A stretch of 64,000 nt of DNA, taken from the NCBI GenBank assembly GCA_053919585.1, contig CM132786.1; one strand, given 5' to 3'. Positions 24,290 to 36,904 of this stretch are shown piece by piece. Source of the DNA: Euprymna scolopes. Lineage: Eukaryota. The position numbers and the translations under genes were made by a program. Numbering within the stretch: the stretch's first letter is position 1; the number at the start of each line of letters is the position of its first letter. The notes beneath the pieces were generated by a model, which saw only the letters and a program-made list of their open reading frames with translations, was not told where the DNA came from and made no database searches.

Positions 24290-26250
24290 AAAGCTTTCAT
24301 GACTGCCAGCAACCACTGTAAAAGAGTAATAAAAATGCAAGAGAGCTATATGCCAAGTCTGTTTTATCCAAGGTAGCTTATCAGCGGCTTGGTTCCCACC
24401 AGTTTTGGAAAATAACAAACAGGATCCTGAACAGAAGTGTGCGTTCTATCCAAACAATTATCAATGGACCAGAGGTCATCTCGTCAGCGCCAGACAAGGC
24501 CAAACTATTTGCAAATAACGTTGCAGCTAATTCTACCCTATGCGACGAAGGCCATCAACTCCCCATATTTCCTTCTATAACACAGAACAAGCTAGGTAAC
24601 ATACAAATATCCGTGCATGTGGTCGCCAAGCTAATCAAGAACCTTGATTCCAGTAAAGCAACTGGCCCTGATGGCATCCCAATTATAGTGTTAAAAAAGC
24701 TTCAACCAGAACTTGCTCCCATACTTACGAAACTATTTAAGCGCTGCTTTAAGGAGAAGTGGTTTCCGACTCCCTGGAATACCTCATCAGTTTGCCCTGT
24801 ATTTAAGAATTCAGGTGATAAGTCATCTCCCTCTCAGTACAGACAAATAAGTCTCCTGTGTGTTATGAGTAAGTTGCTGGAATCCATATTAAATAGAGAA
24901 ATAGTCAACCACCTCAGCAGGAATAACCTTCTTAGTGACACACAATATGGTTTCCGCTCTGCAAGATCTACCGCAGATGTGCTGACAGTTATATCCCACA
25001 GGATTAGTGAATCACTTGACAAAGGCTTCCTTTCTAGGGCAATTGCTCTTGACATATCAAAGGCGTTCGACAAGGTATGGCATAAGGGTCTACTTCACAA
25101 GATTTCCAGCTACGGTATAATTGGAAATGTTTTCTCAATCATTAAATCATTTCTCTCCGATAGGCTCATAAGAGTAGTGGTAGATGAACAAAAATCGGAG
25201 GCCTGCAATATAAATGCTGGAGTCCCTCAGGGGTCAATCCTGGGCCCAACTCTCTTCCTGATCTACATCAATGACCTCCCAAAACACATACTTAAATCAT
25301 TCGTCGACATCTATGCTGATGACACGACCATCTACGGCAACACATCAAAGGCTGTAAATGACAAAGTTCTCTCTGATTCTCTCTCCTCTGATCTCGAGCG
25401 CGTGGTTCAGTGGGGGAAGACGTGGCTGGTTACCTTTAATGCATCTAAGACCAAACTCCTATCCTTACATCATCAACGCTCTGATCCCCATCCGGCATCA
25501 ATTGTGATGGATGGCTCTCGTCTGGGTGAGGCCCCGTGTTTTGACAAGCTTCTGGGTTTGACCTTTACTCCTGATCTGAAATGGAACACGTACATCAAGT
25601 CTGTTGCCATGGTCGCTGGAAAGATGGTGGATCCTTCTACCGCTCCAGAAGATATCTCACTACTGATGCAATTCTCTATCTATATAAAAGCCAAGTACGT
25701 CCAAGGATGGAATACTGTTGCCATATCTGGACAGGAGCTGCTAAAAACAGCCTATCCTGCCTTGACAGAGTACAAAATAGACTTCGTGGCTTAGTGGGGG
25801 ATGCCCTTTTCTCTACCCTGCAACCTCTCTCCCACAGAAGAGACGTTGCGAGCCTATCCTTGTTTTATCATTATTTCCATGGCAGGTGCTCGTCTGAACT
25901 CCAATCTCTGGTCCCCCTCGCCAATCTTTCACGAAAAAACACCCGTCTAGCTGAATCACCTGTGAAAAATTTCCCCCACTCTATATCTGTGCCTAAATCA
26001 AAACGCGGATTCCATAAACAAAGCTTCTTTCTTAGAACTGCACGCCTGTGGAACTCTGTTCCGTCTGCCTGCTTCCCACCGGACTACAACTTGGATGTCT
26101 TCAAGTCCAATGTTAACAAATTCCTGATGAACCGCCCCGTTAAGTAAACGCTTCATCAAATCTCCACACTAACGTAATGTACTTGCAGTAACCCTTATCC
26201 TTGAGTGGCTTCCGGGCCTTGATAAGTGGTGACCACTGTATAAAAAAAAA
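24290..26250 (+). mobile_element. 5'-truncated CR1(Zenon)-type LINE (subfamily A), relatively young
   Basis: Long RT ORF, C-terminal RPRMEYCCHIW...LQPLSHRRDVASL...SFF.RTARLWN, short 3' UTR and A-tail at 26242-26250. Confidence 0.95.
24439..26147 (+). pseudogene. LINE ORF2 reverse transcriptase, one frameshift near 25629
   Basis: KATGPDGI, QYGFR, LDISKAFDKVWH, GVPQGSILGP, YADD. The frame switches from ORF 24439-25794 to ORF 25581-26147 at KMV/GSFYRS. No endonuclease domain and no genuine start codon. Confidence 0.92.
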
Positions 26251-27719
26251 TTCAAAAAATAATGGCGGAAACGTCTAACTAGCTTTTCATAATTGAAATC
26301 ATTTTTACAAAATTATAGCTCTCTCTCTCTATATATATATATGTAAACTGCGCTAAGTATTATATGCTAAAGTTGTATTGTAAAATATTATGTGTTATCG
26401 AATAAAATTAGTTAGACCAGATAAGAATAAAGACAATTAAGACTCAATGTCTAATTTAACATTCTCGGAATTTTTCAGTAATAAGAACAGGTTATTGCCA
26501 GAGACTAGAATTTAGTATTATGGACTGTAAAGAAAATCCAAGAAAGAATTAAACAAACTATATTATCAAATATATTAGTATAGCAAAGCATTCGCTTTAA
26601 TTTCTCAAAATATTCAAATTAGGGTTTTATCAAATAATCAAGACAATATGCTAAAGGGGAATTTAACCGACGAAAATATCTAAAAAATTCAAAGATATTC
26701 AAGATATTCACTCAACCGAGATGTATCACATATCTAAAAAGAATCAATAAGACACAAAAATGTGTAAAGTGCCTTCATATTTGAGGGTGGTGGAACCCCA
26801 TACATTGTCAAAGTAAACAAAGTGTAAAGTATATAGGAGTTTGCTGATATATAAAATTTAAATAAACAGACCGATTTTTATTAAAAAATATAATGGGAAT
26901 AAAGATGCTAGGGGACAAATCATGCACGAAAACTGATTTCACCAAAGGACATTTTTTACAGATTATTCGAGGATCACTCTCGATAGGCTATGGGGTTTCA
27001 AGCTACATGGCCCAAGCTTTTCTAAATCAATATTGCTTTGACTGACTTTATGACCAGTTTACATTAACGATGATACATTTTTTCTTCTTTTATGTAAGAC
27101 AATGCACCAAGCCATGCCTCAAATTTTACCAAACCCTGGTTGACGAAAGGCGTGTGCTAAAGATTCTCTCGTGAACTGGTCTTGAAATATATGTGATTAA
27201 ATCCAATTGAGAACCTCTCAAGAGTGATATTAATTCATTATCGAATGCAAATCAACCGAACACATGACTTCTGGGAGTTAGTTAAAGTTGGTTAAAAAAC
27301 TAGCCAGCAGATAAAATTACAAATCTAATAAAATATGTTTATAATATATTACTAAGGCTTATTGGAAAACAAAAACAAAACATTGATGTAATAACTTTTT
27401 AGACGTTCTCATTTTTATATATTTCTTTTATTTTTTAAAATAAACCCCTTTTCAATAATTTCCCTTTAAGGAATTGTAAAATGTTATTTAACATCTTTTC
27501 ATATTATGAATTTATATTAGTTTTACAAGAATGCCGAAAACGTATCAAAAGAAATAATTGCTACAAAAACTATTGACAAGTAAATTAGTCTGTTTTTTTT
27601 TATTAGTATTAGTTAATAATATTGAGTAAAATCTATACGGTATTGTAATATGGCTTGCAACGTTAAAGGCACATTTCTTTATACTTATTTATAACTTGCA
27701 TATAATTACGAGACACAGT

Positions 27720-27790
27720 TTATATATATATATATATATATAAAAATATATATACGTGTGTGTGTGTTTGTGTATGTGTAAATATATATT
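27720..27790. repeat. (TA)n/(TG)n compound microsatellite
   Basis: Read directly. Confidence 0.85.
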
Positions 27791-28999
27791 GTTAATTATG
27801 CTTCCTATATATAGATGAACATCTGAGGCTTAGAAATTTGCAAGTAACTAATTTCCGTATGAAGTTATTTACGTTTAAGATAAAGCGCAATCGAAATCAG
27901 AAATATTTTAAAGAAATAACTGTCAAAACAGGCAGCACATATATTTTCAACCAGATGAAAGAAATAGAATTATTTACAATTAAATATCAAATATTGTAAT
28001 AATTCAAAGCAATTAAACGGAAATGACATGTAGTATTACCGGAGGTACACTCTCTGGCGACATTTGTGGTTTTCCATTTTCTGAAAATTTGCAAACAAAA
28101 ACATATGTTCGTTTTTCTAACTACTTTTAATCAATACCCATCTTACTTACAATCAGTTTAAACTAGCTGAAAAAGCATGATTCATAACTACATTTTCAAT
28201 ATACAAATATACATACAGGTACAAAAGGTTATTCCTTAGTGTCAACTCTGCCAGCGAGATTTACCATAAAGGAATCAGTCAGGCACTTGCAACGTTTAAG
28301 GGAGCCATCAACATCAGCAAAGACAGAACGACGACCAAAGCAATATTTTAATGACTTTGCTCCAAAGTTCTTAGCATGAATGGCGACAAATCTAAGTATA
28401 ACAAGAGGTCAATAGAGTTCTTGGAAACATCTCCTATAACATAGGTTCAACGAAACAAATGTCGTATTTGGTGTATGAAATAATCGATATATACGTGATA
28501 TAGATTACTTAAACTGTCGGACAACAAGATTAGTCTTGATTGAACGTAGATATAAAGGTGAATACACATGTTTCTTTGTAGATTTCTAGAGATAATAACA
28601 CGCCGGATGTCCCCAAGGGCCGTAACCCATCTTACACTAGACATCTTAATGTCTTTTTTTCTAGAGCGAAATTTACCATCCATATAGATTACAAACATTT
28701 AACAACAATTTTTATAACACTCGCTCCCAGATATAAGCATATATTGAATGTTGGGTTTTTCGAATATAACTTTACGATATTACTGTCATATACAGACTAG
28801 GATACAACAATTCAAATGGTTATCTTAGCCGCTCTCTAATGCACTAGCCACCAAGCCACACAGAACATAAATTGCCAGAGGGATATTTAAACTACATTCT
28901 CTCAACTTCAGCGTCCAACGCAATGACAATTAATGAAATTCCAATAAACCCTGGGAAAAACCAAACATCCACGACTGTCATTCAAACCATTCCGAACAG

Positions 29000-31678
29000 C
29001 AAATGGCATGGTGTTTATGATGGTTTAAACAAAACAGCATTTTAATCCTATACTAATTGTACTGAACTATCACTAGCAGAGCAAGCATCATTTTCAACGG
29101 AGAACTATCTGATACACTACTAAACAGAGCCGCTAAAATACGCGTAGAACATGCAGGACATCAAAACATCGCTAAATCCATGGCCGTTTTCCTGTAAAAA
29201 AATTGGTTCTGAAACATGCAGTGCTTAGTAAGACACAGTAAGAACTCCCACACTTGACAAATTAGCACTCACAAACCGACAAGAGAGAAACTTTAACTGT
29301 TCTCACTACGAATAACCCAAATTGTTACATTTCCAACCCGTTTCCCTGACCACAGTTCTCGATGATTGCATAACAAAGACCCACAGCCAACTCGGGAACG
29401 CTGATCGTGCAGTGATAATGGTTGAAATCGCCCTAAACTCTAGAGCCAAAACTGAAGAGCCAGTGCTAAAAACAACGAGATATTATAAAAAGGCTAACTG
29501 GGAAGCCATCAGGGAACTAATCAGAGATGCCCCATGGGGAAATATTTTTCTCTCCCTGCTGAACAGTGTGCAAACGAGACCACTGACTGGTTCAAAACTG
29601 CAATCGAAGCGCATGTTCCCATGCGGAAATTTTATAGTAATCTCCACTCTCCCCAATGGTTTACTTCGACTTGCCCATTGCCATTGCTCAAAAGCAGCAT
29701 GCATACCGCAGATTAAACCGACATAAGTCCAGTTAAAACAGACTGAAGTATATAGAAGCTAGAAATAACGTTCAGAAAGAAATAGCGACAGCTAAGGGAG
29801 AATATAAGGAAACCATTAAAAAACGCATCGAAGCACAAAAACTAGGAACTCAAGACTTCTGGAAAATCTACAACAGTGTAGTAAATAATGGGCAATCAAC
29901 AATTCCCCCACTAACCAACAATCACGAGGTTGTCTCCTCAGCAACCGAGGAGGCTAACATGCTTGCCAGTCGGTTTGCCTCAAACTCCACACTGGACCCT
30001 TCCAACCACCCCCTGTCTGAATTTTCATATGCGGACAGACGCCACATTAGACGATCTAAAAATCACCCCTGCTCAGGTGCATGCTATCATAAATAACCTT
30101 GACACTTCAAAGCATGTTGACCTGATCTCATCCCAGCTGTGCTATTAAAAAATGCTCAGCCGAAGTAGCTCCAGTTCTCTCCAAACTCTACAACAAATGT
30201 CTTAATGAAGCTTGCTTTCCAGGCTGTTGGAAAACTGCTTGTGTTGTACCAGTATTCAAAAATTCTGACGAAAGGACTGCCCTATCAAATTATCTCTCCA
30301 TTAGCCTCCTGCCACTTTTTGCCAAAATATTTGAGACCTTAATTAACCATGCTCTAGTCCATCACCTTATAGATGCTTAACTTCTGACTGACCAACAATA
30401 TGGATTTAGACAAGGCCGTTCCACAGCAGACATCCTAACTGTAATCTCTGAACGTATATACCATTCACTGGACAAAGCGGGGGAGGGCAGAGCGGTAGCT
30501 CTAGATATATCTAAGGCTTTTGACAGGGTATGGCATGAGGGTCTCCTCGGGAAAATTAGATCATACGGTATCACTTGTAGAATACTTAACATAATTAAAT
30601 CCTTCTTAGATAAGAGAATAATCCAGGTTGTCCTCGACGGTCGTACGACTAAACAATATGATATAAATGCGGGAGTGCCGCAGGAGTCAATCCTTGGACC
30701 TCTATTGTTCCTGATATTCATAAATGACCTCCCCAACAAAATTGCCTCTGAGATGGGTATATATGCTGATGACACTACACTCTATGGCAGGCACGACAGG
30801 AAGACGAATGAACAGATATCTAAAGAAATGACAGAAAAACTAGGGGAAGACCTCCAATCTGTAGTGGAATGGGGACAAAAATGGTTGGTCACGTTCAATG
30901 CCGCCAAGACTAAACTAGTTTCATTCAATAATTACAAGAAACCCTCTCTACCACCTATGGCAATGGCCAACGACTCTTTATCTGAGAGTACATCTGTCAA
31001 ACTCCTTGGCCTGACGTTCACAGGAAACATGAGTTGGAACAATTACATTGAAGGCATTGCTAGGGACGCTGCAAGAAATATGGGCCCTCTCTACTGTGCT
31101 AGACAACTACTAACACCCGAAAGTATTAGGTACCTCTTTAAGGCCACCATTCGCCTATGTATGGAGTATTGCTGTCACATTTGGGCTGGTGCATCTGCTA
31201 TAGTCTCTCGCTCCTTGACAAGGTTCAAAAGAGAGTCGCAAACCAGATAGGCCCTGAACTGGCATCTAACCTTCAGCCTCTGTCCCATCGACGAAATGTT
31301 GCATCCCTCTGCCTGTACTACAAGTATTTTAGGGGTGAATGCTCTGACGAACTGCAACCACTTATGCCCCCACGACGTGAGCACCCTCGACAAACCCGAC
31401 AGGCTGCTAAATCCCCTTTCCACACTGTAGTGATCCCTAGATGTAAAATATATTTCTGCTCCAATAGCTTCTTCCCCAGAACCGCTAGACTCTGGAATTC
31501 CATTCCAGGTCCCTGCTTCCCCAACAGTACTTACGTGCAGAAGTTCAAGTGTAACGTGAACCGACATCTTGCTGCCCAAATCCGTACATAGTACCCCAGT
31601 AGTTGTTGCCCCTGATAGTAGGCCCCTACACCAAAGTGGCAATTTGCCTTGTTTGGGGTGAAAATATAATAAAAAAAG
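29000..31678 (+). mobile_element. CR1(Zenon)-type LINE (subfamily B), fragmented EN-RT
   Basis: YKKANWEAIR, DFWKI, QYGFRQGRST, LDISKAFDRVWH, GVPQESILGP, YADD, MEYCCHIWAG, LQPLSHRRNVASL, SFFPRTARLWN; A-rich tail ~31661-31677. The 5' boundary is approximate. Confidence 0.92.
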
Positions 31679-32935
31679 GGGAAAAGAGGTCAGTGCTGAC
31701 TTTGGATACCTCAAGGGTGGAAAGTATTTTCTTGTTGTCACAAATTAATACTCACACTTATTGCCTACATCTAAGCAATGCAACCTATATTTCGTCTGCA
31801 AAAATAGACAATTCCTACGCCTTCATCATTAGTTTAACCACAAGAGGATAATAACCGCATGGTTCCAGACCAATGGCGAAACAGAATGTAACAAGGCCAT
31901 AGTAGTTGCCCTGATCAAAGGTTGAAGCTGGAAGCAAGAATTTTTCAAATTTCTGCTGGACTCGCGAATAAAGACATATTGTACAACTGGCGTACCGTGA
32001 TCTCAATCCTTTCTGGTGACACCATAAAAACAGTTTGCCACACCTGGTTACACCTATATAGAGCGTGACACACAAACTAAGAAAACGACAAAGCAATAGA
32101 CTGATAAAAATGGAGTAGTTGAAACCCAATAATTTCAGTGAGGCTGATAGAGTCATCGTAAAACGCCCCCACACATTAGAAGCTTTTTCACTCTACAAAA
32201 CTAACACAATGACTGTAACGAAGAAAAAAGGATTCATAGTTACAGCCACAAACAAGCTGACTTCCGATGCCTCATTAAAGGAATGCATTACAAAAAATAT
32301 CAGCTTCTTCAATAAAAATAAAACCTAAAGTACGAAAAAATCCCACACACAAAGCATTGGATTATTCCTCATCCGAAGATGAAGGCCCGCACATGTGCAG
32401 ACACGACCAGATCCTAAAATTAATAAAGCACAGCACATTTTCAGCCTCATGAGTTTAAACCAGACGAAACGACCACCCAGCAGGCTTAATCCCCCTTCCT
32501 GGTTATTTTTCCCTGTTCTATGCACAAATTATCGCATTATGTAATCCGAGGTATTAAAAACAGCGCATCTAAGACAAAACTAAACAATCATCGTGGCGTT
32601 ATACACTGTACATAACAATTTAATAGAAAACGTATTATATCACATTCCATATTACTAATCTTATTTTGCCAATTTGCTTTAAGTTAATTGATTTTATCCT
32701 TATCGTCTTCTAACATATACAGGTGTTCATTGTATTTCTGTAAATCTCCATTTATATTAAATGTTACGGATGCAAAATAAATAAAGACGGTAAATATTGA
32801 ATTATAGTAGTCTAACCATTCCGCCACGAGTCCTTGGGGGAAAATTCTAGTACGAATTGTACGAGCCGTAACCTATTTTATTTCTAGTAGTAAATATCAC
32901 CATTCATGACTAATTATCATTACTATATATTACTG

Positions 32936-32960
32936 TACACAAACACACACACACACACAC

Positions 32961-33004
<44 letters not shown>
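32936..33004. repeat. (CA)n + (TA)n microsatellite
   Basis: Read directly. Confidence 0.95.
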
Positions 33005-33007
<3 letters not shown>

Positions 33008-33059
33008 TATGTGTATATTACTGTATATATTATCTATTATTTTTAATTAATGGTTTCAA

Positions 33060-33750
33060 TATCCTATTAAATTTTGTCTTCTTAGAAATTGGTTTGGTTG
33101 TCTCCCAGAATATGAGCTGGTGTTTTGAGCCGTGTTATACTTTACCGTTCTTCTCTGTCTCAAATTTCTACTTCATCCAATAAGGTTAGATGGTTTCCTT
33201 TTTCTATCCAGATATTGTAAGCTATACTCGATTTTTTAAACCACCCCAAGTATCACGGTTTTCGATGTTCTTTTTGTGACGACGTGTTTCACTCTTGTAT
33301 AGCTTTCCGTATTTACATAGGATCTCATATACACAGTCATGATTTTTTGCGTAGGAGGTTTGAGTTTCAGAAGTTGTTTTTGAGACTTGAATCGATCCTC
33401 AATACTGTTATGATATCTGGATTACATATTCGTTAAAGTTTTTAAAGACTAGATATTCATGTATTGTATGCAAACTGTGATGAGTTTCTGGGTGATGTCT
33501 TTCTGTGTCTTGTCCAGATTTATTTGAGTTGGTTTTGTGGTCTTTGCAAAGTTGTTTCGACGGGGGTTTTTAAGGTGTCGCTCTCCTCTTGATATGCATT
33601 GCTGTTACTACACATTGCTTTTGCTCGGTGTTGTAGGTAACGGCGGATTACTTTCTTTACATTATATAGATCGTGGGAGTTAAGGTTTAGGTATTGACCA
33701 GTGAAATTTGGCTGTCGGTATACCGAAAACATAAATTCCTGACCAGGTTT
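33060..33750 (-). mobile_element. Penelope-like element, 3' half (RT C-terminus and GIY-YIG endonuclease)
   Basis: ORF 33520-33732 SVYRQPNFTGQYLNLNSH..YNVKK....LQHRAKAMCS, and CVYEILCKYGKLYKSET at ~33285-33338. Confidence 0.85.
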
Positions 33751-35662
33751 ATTTCTTTTGTAGGCCCGTTTAGCTCTGCTGTCATCGCTTTCTAGACATC
33801 TATGGTGTTTATCCTCCCCAGGTTGTAATAATTTGAAAAACTTATTTCGTGGTAAGAGTATGTTTAAACGTCGGCTATTTTAAAAATATATATTTAGACT
33901 AAATGGCTAAAAGTAACCAAACCCAATTTAACAGAGTCCGCACAGGTGGATCGGAGCTCTGAAAAAGAAAGAGCGGGTCTACCAGATAACAAACCCAGAA
34001 CTACTAAACATTGCATACGATTTTTCGGACAGGCTAGTATCGGAAATTATCGGAGAATTTCTCGATGATCATCCGAACTGCAGCAGTAAGGATCCACTCG
34101 ATCAAGTAGCAGCCGAGTACAGCGAATTCACAAATGCTGCCAACGCTTCTCGGGCTTTAATAATAATAAAGCAAGATCGATGTGAGGTACTCGCAGATTT
34201 AGCAAGTAGGATGAACAAACTTGCTAAATAAGCTTATAGAGACACAGAGATGAGGGAAGGTCCAACTGTGCTCATGCACTTAGCTGAATTTTTCATAGAT
34301 GCGTTAAATAACCGACAACATTATCGGAGGCCTTGTCTGCTGCTCGACAAAGTCAAATGCTCTATGAGCGACTCCGAAGTGGCCACAAGAAGGAGCAGGC
34401 TTTATTAAATAATAGTTTAACAGGTATCAGGGATCAAGGGGGCCCCAACTATATTTAGTGTACCCAAAACTAAACCTTAATGCAGCTGTAATGCTGTAAG
34501 ATATAAGTTTTGTGGGGGTGCTTCGGCCAGATTTCAGCGAGGGTATTCTAGCTACAATAGACATGAACAAGACTGGAAATGTTCACCTGAAGAAATATTA
34601 AATAACTTCACTTCAGGGAAAAGCAAGGCCAGGTTACACTCGAAAACCACTCACCACCGATTGCCGCAGATGCCAAACACACGGGCATGCAAGCATGACA
34701 AACCCTCAAAGAAAGGAATAACCCTGGGGAGGATTAACACCATAGGTGTCTAGAAAGCGATGACAGCAGAGCTAAACGGGCCTACCAAAGAAATAAACCG
34801 GTCAAGGAAACTCGGGAAAATAGAGACACCCGATGAAAAAAAATCCTCAAACAGGGCTCCTGAATGGAGTGTATAGTTGAAATAAGAAATAGACGGATAG
34901 AGGCACTGATCGACACTGGATCAGAAGCTCCTCCAAACATCAGTTTTTGAAGAGTTAAAAGCGCATAAATGAGTGTAAAGGGATTCTAAGCTAACAGTTG
35001 CTGTCGCAAACGGGCAAAGGATGGCACTAAAAAGCCTGGCCCATTTGCCTATTAAAATGAAGAAGGCGAAACATCGTCTATGTTTTATATCACCCCCGAC
35101 TTAGATCGGGAGTTGATATTAGGTGCTTGCTTTGTTGCAAAGGAACCACGCCCAAATAACGTTTCACCCTAATCAACTAACGGTTAAAGGGGTGAACATC
35201 CCACTTGGTAATAATACCAGTAGTAGAGCCCAGTTACCGCCATACACTGCATTGACGCGTACTGTTAGAGCAGTTCCTAACACACATAAAAAGAATCCAC
35301 CCCGTGAACATCGGATTTCAGTCCAAGAAAGGAAACCTGTAACAGAGGCAATTAAGGTATTCTCCCACCTATCCACACCACGTGTATCTGTGAACCGTAA
35401 AAGCCTAAAAAAAAATGACATATTTTCACAGGACTTTTCCTTTCCAACAAGAAAGGGTCTTTTAATTATTAATCCCTTCACACAAATATGCTCTCAAATG
35501 CTTACAAAATATCTGGATAACTCACATAACCTATAGAATTCTCGAATTTATCCTAGTCCAACATTATAAGTAGTATCCAACTACAAAACAAAAAACTTTT
35601 GAAAACGACCAAGAAATTAGGAAAAAAAGAGAGAAAAAACGAGCAAAGAGAAATTGTCACCA

Positions 35663-35664
<2 letters not shown>

Positions 35665-35704
<40 letters not shown>

Positions 35705-35720
35705 ACAGACACACCCACAC
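35665..35720. repeat. (CA)n microsatellite
   Basis: Read directly. Confidence 0.95.
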
Positions 35721-35943
35721 AAATGTTGAAAAATTCAAAACAAATAAAGCTATACAAAAGTCAATGAAAATCAAATAACTATAAAACTTAACAGGTGACG
35801 ACTAACGTTTCTCAAAAAATTATCAAATATTATATAAAAAAATGATTAAAAGAATGAATGTTTAAAAAAAAGTTCGCAAAATTAAATGAAAGTATAAACA
35901 GGGGAATATTAACGTTTTTCAAATAAAAATAACTAAATAAATA

Positions 35944-35983
<40 letters not shown>
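35944..35983. repeat. (TAA)n microsatellite
   Basis: Read directly. Confidence 0.95.
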
Positions 35984-35984
<1 letters not shown>

Positions 35985-36152
35985 TTTATTTAAAAAATGA
36001 TCAAAAGAATTTATGTTTAAAAAAACTGAATAATAAAAGGAATAATTGAAAGAAGAGAAAATGAATTTAAAAAATAACCACTGTGCCTACGATACGATGA
36101 TATAATGACATTTGCTAGTGAGAGCAAAGGCCACAAAAGGGGGGAGGCGAAA

Positions 36153-36904
36153 TGTGGCACGATGACCTAACCCGTTTTGAGGGAGCTAGGGGCTTTTACA
36201 TTAATAAGCCTTGTGTCTAACTTGGTCTGTACTTGTGAGGTGCAGATGTGTTAAGCAGGTGTTTGTGATTTTGAAAATGGTCTGCTATGACTCAAGCTAA
36301 GAATGACAGTTTGTTTATAATGTTGAACAAAGGCAAAACGATATAAGACATTAGAATTTGAAAGGTCAAACCCGAAAAAACTCATGGATAGAAAAACAAA
36401 GCAATGTTTAAACGTTATGTATGAATGTACCCGTCTCTCTCTATCTTTCTCACTCTCTCTCTCTCTTTCCCTCTTTCTCTCTTTCACTTCCATGTTCTCT
36501 ATTTCAATGAAGAAAGAATAAATAAATAACATTATTTTGTTTTAAAATGTTGACGCTTGCATTCTGGAGTTGGCGGACGCAACAAAGCGTGCGTCTGGTT
36601 TCAACTGGTCTTTATAAAAATATGCTCCTCGTTGTTAAATCTTAAATAAATTAGATTTTTATAAAAATACATTTGTTCGATATTTTTGTATAAGTGTAAC
36701 CTTTCAACATTCCATTAATGCCGACGATGGGAAGATGCCTGTAACGACGCAATGAAGACAAGAAGCGACCCATGCTAGCCAGTTATAGCCGACGACATCT
36801 CCACCCGTTTTTGTTGATGTTTTATCATTTAATCACCCGGGGAGCTGGTCGCGTCCCAGAACGTTACTCAACCAGGTTACTCTCCCCGGAAAACGATAGT
36901 ACCA
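36153..36904 (+). mobile_element. 3' LTR of family X copy 2 (TG...CA), preceded by a polypurine tract
   Basis: Begins TGTGGCACGATGAC directly after the purine-rich tract AAAAGGGGGGAGGCGAAA and ends ACGATAGTACCA. Homologous to the reverse complement of 13011-13801. Confidence 0.8.

Larger units (their letters stand above)
33890..36152 (+). mobile_element. Gypsy-type LTR element family X copy 2, internal region (gag and aspartic protease; no RT/IN seen)
   Basis: gag-like KQDRCEVLADLASRMNKLAK.AY...LAEFFIDAL; IEALIDTGSEA (~34897-34929), VAVANG, DLDRELILG. Purine tract at ~36135-36152. Confidence 0.8.

Noticed and set aside
26350-28750. Additional TE or gene in this AT-rich stretch (also 31700-32600, 52330-53600)
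   Set aside because: Only vague motif resemblances; nothing I can support.
31175-31741. Antisense ORFs over LINEs (also 30377-30775, 24834-25073, 36945-37346, 18528-19255)
   Set aside because: Shadow frames of retroelement coding sequence.
13011-36904. Single 24-kb element bounded by the two LTR-like repeats
   Set aside because: The repeats are inverted and diverged, and each is attached to its own gag remnant, so they are separate insertions.
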